NCBI RefSeq assembly: GCF_025273655.1
Contig: NZ_CP045921.1
Span: 600,001-632,000 of the forward strand
Length of the DNA: 32,000 nt
Direction: 5' to 3'
Source of the DNA: Candidatus Saccharimonadota bacterium
GTDB lineage: Bacteria > Patescibacteriota > Saccharimonadia > Saccharimonadales > Saccharimonadaceae
The position numbers and the translations under genes were made by a program. Shown piece after piece: positions 1 to 8,566 of the stretch. The notes under the pieces are model-generated. The model was given only the letters and a program-made list of their open reading frames with translations. It was not told the origin of the DNA and did no database searches. The first letter of the stretch is position 1. Each line of letters begins with the position of its first letter.

Positions 1-2241
1 AGTATCCTTGGCGTTTTTGGCAGGCTGTGGATGGGCTGCCGGTTCAGGCGTCTGAGCTAGCACATTCGTGATGGTTGCTTTCTTGACGACGCTCGCAATG
101 TCGTCATTAATACCAACCGACTGACGAATAGCCTCATCGATCTGCTCCGCTGGGCGACCGTAGATGCCAAGGCTGAATCGCTTGAATTTCTCAACGTTAT
201 TAATGACCTTTGGTGCAGGATTCGTCGTGGCACTGAGCCAGACCTTTTGCCCTACGCAGAGTGTTTGCACGTACACCTGATGCCGCGGCAGATACTTGAA
301 GTCGTCTGCCGATAGGATGCCCGTCATGTTGGCAATCGTGCGTGCGTCTGGGTCGTTGAGCGTAAATACCACTTTGTTGGCAACGTTGGAATCAATACCA
401 GCTAGCAACTCTTTATCCCTAACCTGATCGCGGTACTGGTGTGCTAGCGTAAAGCCGACCTTGTAACTCCTCGCTTGGCTGAGTGCGTCAGATATGTTGA
501 TCGGTAGTGCAAGATAGTCCTGCATCTCATCGACATATACCTTGACCACTGGTCGTTGGTTTTCTGGAATCGCACCTTGTCCTTGTGTGAGCGACCAAAC
601 CTGCGACAGGATGAGCGAGCCGAGGAACCGTGCACTGGTATTGCCGAGCTTGGCTTTGTTGAGCGATACCAGCACTATCTTGTTCTTCGTAAATAGATCG
701 CTCAAGTTAAAGTTCGGCTCTGGTTGTCCAACGGTGCGTAGGAGCGGCTTTCGCGTCAGCACCGTACGAAGCTTGTTCATCAGCGGTGCCGTGATCTCTT
801 GCTGCTTGTTGGGCGTGAGCGCCTCGTACTGTTTCCAGAATGAGCCAAGTCCCATTGGATCGTCTCTGCTCACTTCCTCAACCAGCTTCTTGCGAAACGT
901 TGGGTTATACAGCAGGGCTGGTAGCATCGATAGCGTGACGTCGTTGGTCGTCCGCATCAGGGTGAGCAGTGCGTTGGACAATATATCCTCGGTTCGCTGC
1001 CCCCACGAACTGGCGAATATCTCCCGTAGTACTGCAAGCATGGCATCGGCTGCAAGGTCGGGATCTCCACCACCGGCCAGTGAATTAATACTCACGATAT
1101 TATCTGCCGTCGGGTCAATATACACCACGTCCTTAGCTCGCTTCGGGTTCATGCGAGCTAAGATATCCGAGTTCAGGTCGTCTTTCGGGTCAATCACCAG
1201 CACACCGCGATTCTCATCGATGTCGTTTAAGATCATGTTGAGCATGGTGGTGCTTTTACCGACACCAGTTGGTCCGAGTAGGAGCGTGTGCTGTAACGAT
1301 GCCTGCTCCGAGATACCGAGGGGTATCTTTTTGCTTGGATCGTTCGTCACCGCAAAGCTCTTCTCGGATGCTGGCATCAGGGACGGTGTCCGTAGCACAA
1401 TCGGGTGCAGCGGTGGCACCGCAGGCAGGTTCTCCTCGCCATACGGGATTCCCATCAGGCAGGATACCTCTTGGCTAGACAGCATATGCGTCCACTTGCG
1501 TGGTCGGGTCAGGTTTTGCAACTGTTCGATGCAATCCTTGCCACGCAGTCGAATACTCGCTCCGTGGGCTTCCATCATGGCAAGTCCACTGCGAACTTGC
1601 TCGAGTAACCACCAGCCACGAATGGTGTCTGGTGCAACGGCTCCGATGCGAACTTCCGTAAAGAAGCCGTGCATGTTGTGCCGTCGTTGCAGCCCAGCAT
1701 GAATGTCTGCTGCCATCGGGATGACGCCCCCGATAAAAACAGATGCACCGCTTTGGCGTGGGTCACGCAGTGTCTTTGGTACCGTGTATGGCACAGTACG
1801 CTTGCCGAGCATGACCTGTAGCACAAGCCCCTCACCACCACGGACATTTGCCATTGCAGTGAGGATGCTACGGGTGATTTGGCTAATACGGTCAGGGTTC
1901 AATGCCATATCTGGGTGTCCCATCTCGACCGAGTCGGCTACCATGAGTCGTGGTCGCAAAGGTTTGGTGTCTTTCGGCAGGATACGGCTTAAGGTCGTTC
2001 CTGGCACGATTGACTCAAACAGGTCTTGCAGCTCACCTGCATAGCTATTCCTCGTTGCGACGAGGAACAGGACTTGCTTGTTGTGTGTTCTGGTCTCAAA
2101 GATGATTTCAGCGCCTAAGTCGTCGCTAGCTAATCGCTCCAAGAGGGATTGTGTTTGTATTGGGGATACTGGGCGTTGCCAATGGATTTGGTACCATACC
2201 CAGTTATTCTCAGCGTCTTTACTTCTCATCGAATTAAACAT
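1..2241 (-). CDS. Type IV secretion coupling-protein-like P-loop ATPase (VirD4/TraG/TraD type conjugative DNA-transfer ATPase); C-terminus runs off the left edge
   Basis: It is missing from the ORF track because no stop codon lies inside the window. I read the minus-strand frame from the ATG at 2241-2239 (MFNSMRSKDAENNW...) down to base 1 and found 747 sense codons with no stop. Motifs: Walker A LLLGPTGVGKSTT, Walker B-like VVKVYVDEMQDY, then SQARSYKVGFTLAHQY. The 386-aa plus-strand ORF 542..1702 is its Ser-rich antisense shadow. Confidence 0.75.
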   Translation of the reverse strand, partial: MFNSMRSKDAENNWVWYQIHWQRPVSPIQTQSLLERLASDDLGAEIIFETRTHNKQVLFLVATRNSYAGELQDLFESIVPGTTLSRILPKDTKPLRPRLMVADSVEMGHPDMALNPDRISQITRSILTAMANVRGGEGLVLQVMLGKRTVPYTVPKTLRDPRQSGASVFIGGVIPMAADIHAGLQRRHNMHGFFTEVRIGAVAPDTIRGWWLLEQVRSGLAMMEAHGASIRLRGKDCIEQLQNLTRPRKWTHMLSSQEVSCLMGIPYGEENLPAVPPLHPIVLRTPSLMPASEKSFAVTNDPSKKIPLGISEQASLQHTLLLGPTGVGKSTTMLNMILNDIDENRGVLVIDPKDDLNSDILARMNPKRAKDVVYIDPTADNIVSINSLAGGGDPDLAADAMLAVLREIFASSWGQRTEDILSNALLTLMRTTNDVTLSMLPALLYNPTFRKKLVEEVSRDDPMGLGSFWKQYEALTPNKQQEITAPLMNKLRTVLTRKPLLRTVGQPEPNFNLSDLFTKNKIVLVSLNKAKLGNTSARFLGSLILSQVWSLTQGQGAIPENQRPVVKVYVDEMQDYLALPINISDALSQARSYKVGFTLAHQYRDQVRDKELLAGIDSNVANKVVFTLNDPDARTIANMTGILSADDFKYLPRHQVYVQTLCVGQKVWLSATTNPAPKVINNVEKFKRFSLGIYGRPAEQIDEAIRQSVGINDDIASVVKKATITNVLAQTPEPAAHPQPAKNAKDT

Positions 2242-2242
2242 A

Positions 2243-2929
2243 TTACTGGTCTCCTACATTACGTGAATTGCTATGGATTCCATCTGAGTCGAAGTCTGAC
2301 GGTACGGGAAAACCAAAATCCTTAAACGATACGTCGCTCTCGATTTGGTTCCCCCATACGTCATAGCCGTGCTCTCGTCTCCGAGCGAACAGCTCTAACT
2401 TCCGGTTTGTACCGCTCCCTAAATGCCCAGATACTCTCTCGATGATCGGGTAAAGCTCCTCGGGCTTATGACTGTGATCTTGCAGTGGTGCAAACATCCA
2501 CGTCGGCTGCGAGCGGAAGCCTACGGGGGCTTTGCCTCGTGTGCCGAACAGGACATGCTCCGTGCTATTGCGCAGGTAGTTACCGAGCGTAAACCGAGGT
2601 TTACACCATGTCAGGATGCTGCGAGGCGTATAGCCCCACGCTTCCAAGACATCGTAGCCGTGGCGTAAGGTGGCATTTGTCACCCAGAGCCAGCAGTGAC
2701 TATTGTCGGCAGTGACGCTTTTGATCGCGTCACCCATATCCTTGATGTCGTCTAAGGTCATGAGATTGTAGTGCTTTTCAGCGCCACGTTTCTTACCTTT
2801 CTGCTCAACGTCCCATGGCGGGTCGGCAAGCAGAACGTCATACTTCGGACGAGGTTCCTGCGCTGCGGTAGTCGCAGTCGTTGTTAGGGTTGGTAGTGTT
2901 GCGTGTGACTGTTTCGTTATATTCGTCAC
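2243..2929 (-). CDS. MT-A70 family DNA N6-adenine methyltransferase (DPPW motif)
   Basis: The sequence LLADPPWDVEQKGKKRGAEKHYNLMTLDDI ... WLWVTN ... WGY ... TWCK ... EHVLFGTRGK matches the MT-A70 pattern. The start is GTG at 2929, preceded by GGAAAGGA 6 nt upstream. The TAA stop (2245-2243) lies 1 nt before the ATG of the coupling-protein gene, so the two are co-transcribed. Confidence 0.85.
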   Translation of the reverse strand: MTNITKQSHATLPTLTTTATTAAQEPRPKYDVLLADPPWDVEQKGKKRGAEKHYNLMTLDDIKDMGDAIKSVTADNSHCWLWVTNATLRHGYDVLEAWGYTPRSILTWCKPRFTLGNYLRNSTEHVLFGTRGKAPVGFRSQPTWMFAPLQDHSHKPEELYPIIERVSGHLGSGTNRKLELFARRREHGYDVWGNQIESDVSFKDFGFPVPSDFDSDGIHSNSRNVGDQ

Positions 2930-2938
2930 GTTAATTCC

Positions 2939-2997
2939 TTTCCGCCAGACAGTGGGCGGAAACCTGCTTCAGTGAGGCGCTCGCCGTGTCTGGCGAG
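2939..2997 (-). promoter_or_regulatory. Leader with mutually exclusive hairpins overlapping the MT-A70 Shine-Dalgarno
   Basis: Three pairings are possible. TTTCCGCC (2939-2946) pairs with GGCGGAAA (2955-2962). CGCCAGACA (2943-2951) pairs with TGTCTGGCG (2987-2995). CTCGCC (2980-2985) pairs with GGCGAG (2992-2997). On the minus-strand RNA the first helix includes part of the SD GGAAAGGA. Confidence 0.35.
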
Positions 2998-3951
2998 TCC
3001 TATTTCACTGTGTTTGACACTATTTATTAATCTTTTCTTACATAACGTTTTAAGCCGATGAGACACGACTAACAGATACGAGATGTTCGAAAAACATACC
3101 ACTTGCATACATCTTGAAAAGATGGTGCAATTTGGGTGAACTATGCGTCAAACAAGCCATTTGCATGGCTATTTTAATGACGTTACGCAAGGATGGATGT
3201 GGAACGACAGCTACTAACGAATTACAGAATTCTTGCTACAACATACGGTTCAGATGGAAAGGTATGGAGTTTTGTAGTCATACAAAAAGCTCCTCGATTA
3301 AGACGGAGCCGTGTTACAAAGTTTTATGTTGACCAACGTATGTTTTGTGGAAACAAAACGAGTCAGTGTGAATTAATTCGTGAGTAGGTAACTACTAGTC
3401 GTTTTCTACTTCGTCGGCTATATTAGCATAACCGTGATGAAAAAGCAAGAGCAATAGGCAAAAATGCGCTATATGTAGCGGTTTATGCAAGTATATTGCG
3501 CTATTTTAAGAGAACACCAGAAAGCTGCCTACTTACGATTACCTCTGTAAGTGGGGGTCTTAATCTGCAATGCATGATCTCTTTGATCAGTTCTGTATAT
3601 ATACCAATAAGTCTCTACTCTTGACGGCTCTGGTCAAGGACTACGGTATTTAGATGTCGATCTAATGTTCTAAACTCTACGTTCGGCCAGTCCACTCAAA
3701 TTGGTGCTTGTTTGATTACCGATATGTTCGCGACCCACACCCTGTCTGCGATACACAATGTCAATACTGATGATTGCTCAAGCACCTTTGGCGATCCATG
3801 CTGGAGTGGGCTTCACTCGTACCTTTACGGGGTATATCGCTGGGACGTGTCAATCTATTCGCATAATAGCGGAGGAGTGTTTGTGCATGCAAGCATGAGC
3901 GCGTATGAAATTTTATTAACAGAGGTCAATATGGCATTAGCCTCAAACAAA

Positions 3952-3978
3952 AAGCGACACTATATATCGGTGTCGCTT
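3952..3978 (-). terminator. Intrinsic terminator after gene 3992..4492
   Basis: A 9-bp stem AAGCGACAC / GTGTCGCTT has a 9-nt loop. On the minus strand it is followed by TTTTGTTTG. It starts 14 nt after the stop codon. Confidence 0.7.
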
Positions 3979-3991
3979 CATTGCTTTTAGC

Positions 3992-4492
3992 CTATCTCGT
4001 GTGTTTTATGAACATTTTCTGTAAATCATACGCATAGAATCTTTGTACTATTACCTCGTTGGCAAGCGTATTCTCTGCTTTGATATACCACATTGGGAAG
4101 AACCGTCTCGTCAATCGGTTGCTCAGTAGCTTGCTGTGACTGGGCGTGTAGATTGTAACCAAGCCGTATGGTGTCGGAAGTGACCAAACCACGTTGAGCG
4201 TATCGCCCCAGATATCTACGGTTGGCTCACCGACTATCGCTACGAGGTCACGGTATGGTCTGTGGAAGTGTTCAATACGGCATACCGTTCTCTTCGTTGA
4301 CGGTATGATACGCTTGATATACTCCTCAAGACGAAACTTTTCCATGTAGTCGCTGTAGTTTAGTGTAATATCTTGGACGACGCTCCGTGGCAAGGATGCT
4401 TTCGCTGCGACCTGTTTGAGATCATGCATGTCAGCCTGCACTTTGATGCGCACCTGTTCATACGCGATAAAGTTCTCCTTTGCTATATTCAT
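3992..4492 (-). CDS. Hypothetical protein, paralog B of a tandem pair
   Basis: 166-aa ORF with SD AAAGGAA upstream. Its N-terminus MNIAKENFIAYEQVRI...DMHD aligns with the neighbour 4735..5229. It has its own terminator. Confidence 0.6.
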   Translation of the reverse strand: MNIAKENFIAYEQVRIKVQADMHDLKQVAAKASLPRSVVQDITLNYSDYMEKFRLEEYIKRIIPSTKRTVCRIEHFHRPYRDLVAIVGEPTVDIWGDTLNVVWSLPTPYGLVTIYTPSHSKLLSNRLTRRFFPMWYIKAENTLANEVIVQRFYAYDLQKMFIKHTR

Positions 4493-4690
4493 ATAGGATT
4501 ATTCCTTTCTGAGCGAGGCGCTCCGAATTGTTAATGATCACTTAGTGCGATGTGTGTCGCTCGAAGCTAGGGATATAGTAGCGAGGAATGGAACAAATGT
4601 ACCGGATTGCGTGCATTATAGTTACTTCCGATGAGATGTGGCCGCATCTGTCGATCGCGTCATATTGATGCATTGTGCATACAAAACAAA

Positions 4691-4716
4691 AAGCGGCACC
4701 ATTGCTGATGCCACTT
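4691..4716 (-). terminator. Intrinsic terminator after gene 4735..5229
   Basis: Minus-strand RNA AAGUGGCA ... UGCCGCUU forms 8 bp including one G-U pair. It is followed by UUUGUUUUG. Confidence 0.55.
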
Positions 4717-4734
4717 CCTGTTTTTGTCCGATCG

Positions 4735-5229
4735 CTATCCTCCGATTCGTTCTTTGACGTAGTCATGAAGTGATGTCTGTATTTCTTTAAATACAGTCCT
4801 TCCGTGACCGCTGCCACCAATATGCCACTCCTTGATAGCTCGCACATCGAGTCCTTTATCTCCAAGGTAGGCTTTGCCGTCTTTGTAGTTGTAGATCGTT
4901 GCTATACCGTGTTCGGTTTCAACAATCCACTGCACATCCATCTTGTTCTCAGGCAGACGCGTGAATGGTTTGCCGTACACTGCCACGATATCTTCATAGC
5001 GTGCGAGGATAGAGCCGATGCCGTGCGTACCGCTTATTACTTTCGCCATGTCGGTATACTTTCGCTCATGGAGCCACTTTTTGTAAATACTGTAGTGCTC
5101 GATGATGTCCAAGATTACCTCACGAGATAGTCCGCTATACGCTTCGACTGCTCGCACGTCGAACATATTCGTGACACCGCTGATGCGAACATCTTCGTAT
5201 GCCTCGAAATCTTCTCGGGTTATTTCCAT
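4735..5229 (-). CDS. Hypothetical protein, paralog A of a tandem pair (N-terminal xxTNMFD-type small helical domain)
   Basis: 164-aa ORF with SD AAAGGAG 9 nt upstream. The sequence MEITREDFEAYEDVRISGVTNMFDVRAV has about 22 of its first 52 residues identical to paralog B. Confidence 0.6.
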   Translation of the reverse strand: MEITREDFEAYEDVRISGVTNMFDVRAVEAYSGLSREVILDIIEHYSIYKKWLHERKYTDMAKVISGTHGIGSILARYEDIVAVYGKPFTRLPENKMDVQWIVETEHGIATIYNYKDGKAYLGDKGLDVRAIKEWHIGGSGHGRTVFKEIQTSLHDYVKERIGG

Positions 5230-5380
5230 TGTTCATTACTCCTTTTCTAGAGCATAGATAGCTCTCGTTTGTTAATAGTTCACCAATGCGGAACGATGAA
5301 TGTCGTCCGTAGAGGATGAGGCTATACTAACGAGACAGCGCAAGGATGTAGAGGAAAACGTGAATAATGTTTACAGCCGA

Positions 5381-5410
5381 AAAGACAGCTCCGTATCTGG
5401 AGCTGTCTTT
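5381..5410 (-). terminator. Intrinsic terminator closing the methyltransferase-helicase-T5orf172 operon
   Basis: A perfect 12-bp stem AAAGACAGCTCC / GGAGCTGTCTTT has a 6-nt loop. It begins 18 nt after the stop at 5428 and has a U-tract on the minus strand. Confidence 0.7.
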
Positions 5411-5427
5411 GATTTTGGGCTATTTGT

Positions 5428-6585
5428 CTATGCATTGCGCAGGATGAGCTGTTCGAGGTCTTTATCATACTTGTACTCTGTTATGTCGCCATTTTGCAAC
5501 ATATTCACAGCCTGCTCGATAGCGATGAGCGGCACCGAGTACCATTCGCTTGGCGCATACTCTTGGCCGCTACGGTCTATGATCTTCAGGTCAACTTTCA
5601 CATCCGCAAAGATTCGATGGATGAAATGCTCAACTTTCTGTGTATTGTAGTCGCCCGTGATGATATAGCTGTCGACAACTTCCACGCCAGCCATGAGATA
5701 CGTCGGGTCGTTCTCGGCATCTTTGATACGCTCGGCAACAGTCGTAGAAGTAAAGCCAATTTTATGTAGATTCTTGATAGTTGTTATCTTCTCATCTTGG
5801 TTGCGTGAGCGAAGTACGTAAATGTGGCCAGCGATTGTATCGGCAGCATCGAGCTGTAGTTCACCGTTATAATCCGATGTCACTACGCAATAACCATCGT
5901 AGTAGAGTTGGCTCGAAAGCGAACGAAGATAGAGGTTTGATTCTGTGCCGTTCTCGTAAATCGCTCGGATACGGCTCTTCATGCGGCCATGTACCATCTT
6001 TTCTTCACCAATATCAGCGACGTAGAGCATCTGCCCGCCCGCCACAAAGTACGCTCCAGCTTTCAACTGTGTCACGCTCGTGAATCGCACCAGCTTAGCA
6101 GTGCGATCTCTCAAGCTTGCCTGCGTATCGGCAAACCCAGCTCGGAATGTATCGAAGTTATCGGCTCGCTTACGGGTTGCAATATCCTCAGGCGAAGCAC
6201 GCTGCACCACAGGCACATTTTTGACACGCAGAATATCATCACCGACACCATTGAATAGCCCGAATGTATCGTCGCTAAACAGCTCATCGATAGATTCCGG
6301 AGCTTCGGGCGTTTCGAGCAAGCCAAGGCTGTCAATAGGCTGCAATGCCTCACTTTTCGCTGCATCTGCACGTATGGAGTTGAGTCGAGCAGCTAGCCCT
6401 GCTTCAGAAATATCAACGGCTTCTAGCTCTGGCAATCGGTCGTTCTTCTCGACGAAATCAACAATCTGCTGGAATGATGCCGTGAGCCTATCGTCGGCCG
6501 TTGCGGCAACCTGCTTTTTAGGCGGTACGAAAAGCTGGCCGTCATCCGACTCAAAAAGCTGAACAAGATCGTCGGGCATCTCCAC
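5428..6585 (-). CDS. T5orf172 (GIY-YIG-clan) domain protein, putative nuclease/DNA-binding subunit
   Basis: The C-terminal half reads GHIYVLRSRNQ...LHKIGFTSTTVAERIKD...VEHFIHRIFADV...PSEWYSVPL, which is the T5orf172 pattern. The GTG start at 6585 overlaps the helicase TAG stop (TAGTG), with GAGGAA about 9 nt upstream. An alternative ATG lies at 6579. Confidence 0.8.
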   Translation of the reverse strand: MEMPDDLVQLFESDDGQLFVPPKKQVAATADDRLTASFQQIVDFVEKNDRLPELEAVDISEAGLAARLNSIRADAAKSEALQPIDSLGLLETPEAPESIDELFSDDTFGLFNGVGDDILRVKNVPVVQRASPEDIATRKRADNFDTFRAGFADTQASLRDRTAKLVRFTSVTQLKAGAYFVAGGQMLYVADIGEEKMVHGRMKSRIRAIYENGTESNLYLRSLSSQLYYDGYCVVTSDYNGELQLDAADTIAGHIYVLRSRNQDEKITTIKNLHKIGFTSTTVAERIKDAENDPTYLMAGVEVVDSYIITGDYNTQKVEHFIHRIFADVKVDLKIIDRSGQEYAPSEWYSVPLIAIEQAVNMLQNGDITEYKYDKDLEQLILRNA

Positions 6586-8564
6586 TATGCGTTATTCCTC
6601 TCTTTTTCTTGCTGCCACACGGTATAGCGTCGGGTCAGGTATGCTTGCGCATTAGCCAGTAGCTTCTCGTTCTTATCGGTTGCATTTAGCGCAGGATATT
6701 TGCCGTTATGAGCAATCACGAACGCCTTGATTTGTGGTACAAGTGCAAGGGCATCTTCGTCTGACATATCAATCCGAGAGCCAGCAATCGTATCTTGAAT
6801 AACACGAAACACATCTGCTCCCACTTTCTTGGATATCACCTCAAAGGCGTGCTGGAATGGATTGATCGAATCAATCAGGTCGATACTCAAATCATCAAGG
6901 TTTACAAAACTATTGGCCAGTGTAATGAACTTCTTGTCGCCCTCCTCGGTAACTTTCGTACCAGCAGATTTGAATGCCAGATTGCTCGCAAGATACTGAC
7001 GAGTTACCTCAACTTCTTCGTCAGAAAGCCCAGGAAGTTTCTCTCGGATAATCTTTGACTGGAGGTGCTTCATATATTCACCCGAGTGGCCGTTTGCGGC
7101 AGCACGCTGTATCTGCGTATCTTGCAGTACGGCTGCAGTCAAATCTTCTAGCTCAGTCGCAAGGATTTGTTTGACACGCTCGGTTGGTGGGTTTTTGAGG
7201 CCTTTGACGAACACCTCGCCAGCCTGTGCTTTTTGGTCTGGCGAGACACGAGGCTTGAATGTAAAGTTTGGTGCTAGCACTTGCTCCATCAGGAGTGAAG
7301 CGGTGATAGCTTTGAGCATATTATTCACCGACACTTGCACATCTTCGGTAGTGCCATTTGGCTGCACGATGAGGTTAGTAAACTGAGCGTGTGATTTATT
7401 GTAGCTATCACGGGTACAGCGGCCAATAATCTGCACGATTTCCGTCAAACTTGCACGGTAGCCAATCGTCAATGCTTGTTCACACCATGGCCAGTCAAAG
7501 CCCTCTTTTGCCATACCTAGTGCCACGATGATATCTACGCCATCAATATCTTCACGAGCCACCTCGCTGAGGTATTTGGTGATTCTGGCACGGTGCAGTG
7601 GGTCGTCATCGACGAGATTGGCGACCTTGCGTGTTATGCCATTTCCATCGAGGATATATTCGATACCTGTTTCGCTGTCTTGCGATTGCCATTCACCGAT
7701 ATGGCCGTAAATCTGCTCGACCTCCTCGTGTTTTCCAACCTGCGTTGATTCTTTTGAGTTGACGTTCGGAATGTGAATAATCGTCTTTTTGCTTGGGTCA
7801 AGCACCGCACTTAATGCACCATCATCAAGATAACTTCCTGTATAGAAATGGTAACCAATACCAAGTGTTTCGAGGTAGGTATAGCCATTCAGCTGCTCAT
7901 AGTAGGTATAGGTGACCTTATCAAACTCAGTTTCGTCCTCTGGCGTCAAAATCGGCACAGCATCGCCACGGAAGTACGAGCCGGTCATAGCGATTATCTG
8001 TACGTTAGTGCTATTCATCACTCGGTGTAGCAAATCACCAAGTCGGCTGTTATCGCTGACAGACACATGATGAAACTCGTCGATTGCCAGCACCGTGTCG
8101 TTAAACAGCTCGGTGTCCAGCTCTTCATTCTCAAACGCAAAGCGGAGCGTGGCATGCGTACATACCAATATCTTGCTATCATCCTGCATGAAGCGGACGA
8201 ACGATTTTACCTTGCTTTTATCATCGCCCGTACCGAGACAGAGGTTGTTGCGATCCTCGACTTCCCAGTTGGCGAAGAAGCCGTTATCTACGAGGTTTGT
8301 ATTACCGAATGATGAACCGATAGACTTTTCTGGCACGGCCACGATGACCTTTTTCTTGCCTTGGTGTATGAGCTTATCGAGGCCGATAAACATCAATGCT
8401 CGAGATTTACCAGACGCTGGCGGTGCTTTGATAAGCAAGTGATTGCTGGCACGTTTTTCAAACACCCGACACTGCATTTCTCGCATACCAAAGTTGTCGA
8501 TCTTGGTAGACTCACCGTTCTTCTCGTATTTTACGTCGATGATGTTGAGGGTTTCGCTGTTCAT
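6585..8564 (-). CDS. SF2 (ResIII/DEAD-DEAH-like) helicase
   Basis: Motif I is LLIKAPPASGKSRA, motif II AIDEFHHV, motif III AMTGSYF and motif VI QIIGRCTRD. I recognised no nuclease motif in the 220-aa C-terminal region. The ATG at 8564 lies 2 nt after the methyltransferase stop. Confidence 0.85.
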   Translation of the reverse strand: MNSETLNIIDVKYEKNGESTKIDNFGMREMQCRVFEKRASNHLLIKAPPASGKSRALMFIGLDKLIHQGKKKVIVAVPEKSIGSSFGNTNLVDNGFFANWEVEDRNNLCLGTGDDKSKVKSFVRFMQDDSKILVCTHATLRFAFENEELDTELFNDTVLAIDEFHHVSVSDNSRLGDLLHRVMNSTNVQIIAMTGSYFRGDAVPILTPEDETEFDKVTYTYYEQLNGYTYLETLGIGYHFYTGSYLDDGALSAVLDPSKKTIIHIPNVNSKESTQVGKHEEVEQIYGHIGEWQSQDSETGIEYILDGNGITRKVANLVDDDPLHRARITKYLSEVAREDIDGVDIIVALGMAKEGFDWPWCEQALTIGYRASLTEIVQIIGRCTRDSYNKSHAQFTNLIVQPNGTTEDVQVSVNNMLKAITASLLMEQVLAPNFTFKPRVSPDQKAQAGEVFVKGLKNPPTERVKQILATELEDLTAAVLQDTQIQRAAANGHSGEYMKHLQSKIIREKLPGLSDEEVEVTRQYLASNLAFKSAGTKVTEEGDKKFITLANSFVNLDDLSIDLIDSINPFQHAFEVISKKVGADVFRVIQDTIAGSRIDMSDEDALALVPQIKAFVIAHNGKYPALNATDKNEKLLANAQAYLTRRYTVWQQEKERNNA

Positions 8565-8566
8565 GG

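Noticed and set aside
542-1702. The 386-aa plus-strand ORF, the longest ORF the track lists in the first 2 kb.
   Set aside because: It is Ser/Arg/Cys-rich and low in complexity, with no motif. It lies exactly antisense to an uninterrupted 747-codon minus-strand frame that carries clear P-loop ATPase motifs. I treat it as a shadow ORF.
2926-3108. A 60-aa minus-strand ORF overlapping the MT-A70 start by GTGA.
   Set aside because: It has no RBS. Its 3' end is made of the MT-A70 SD and leader hairpins, and its composition is unremarkable. It is more likely untranslated leader.
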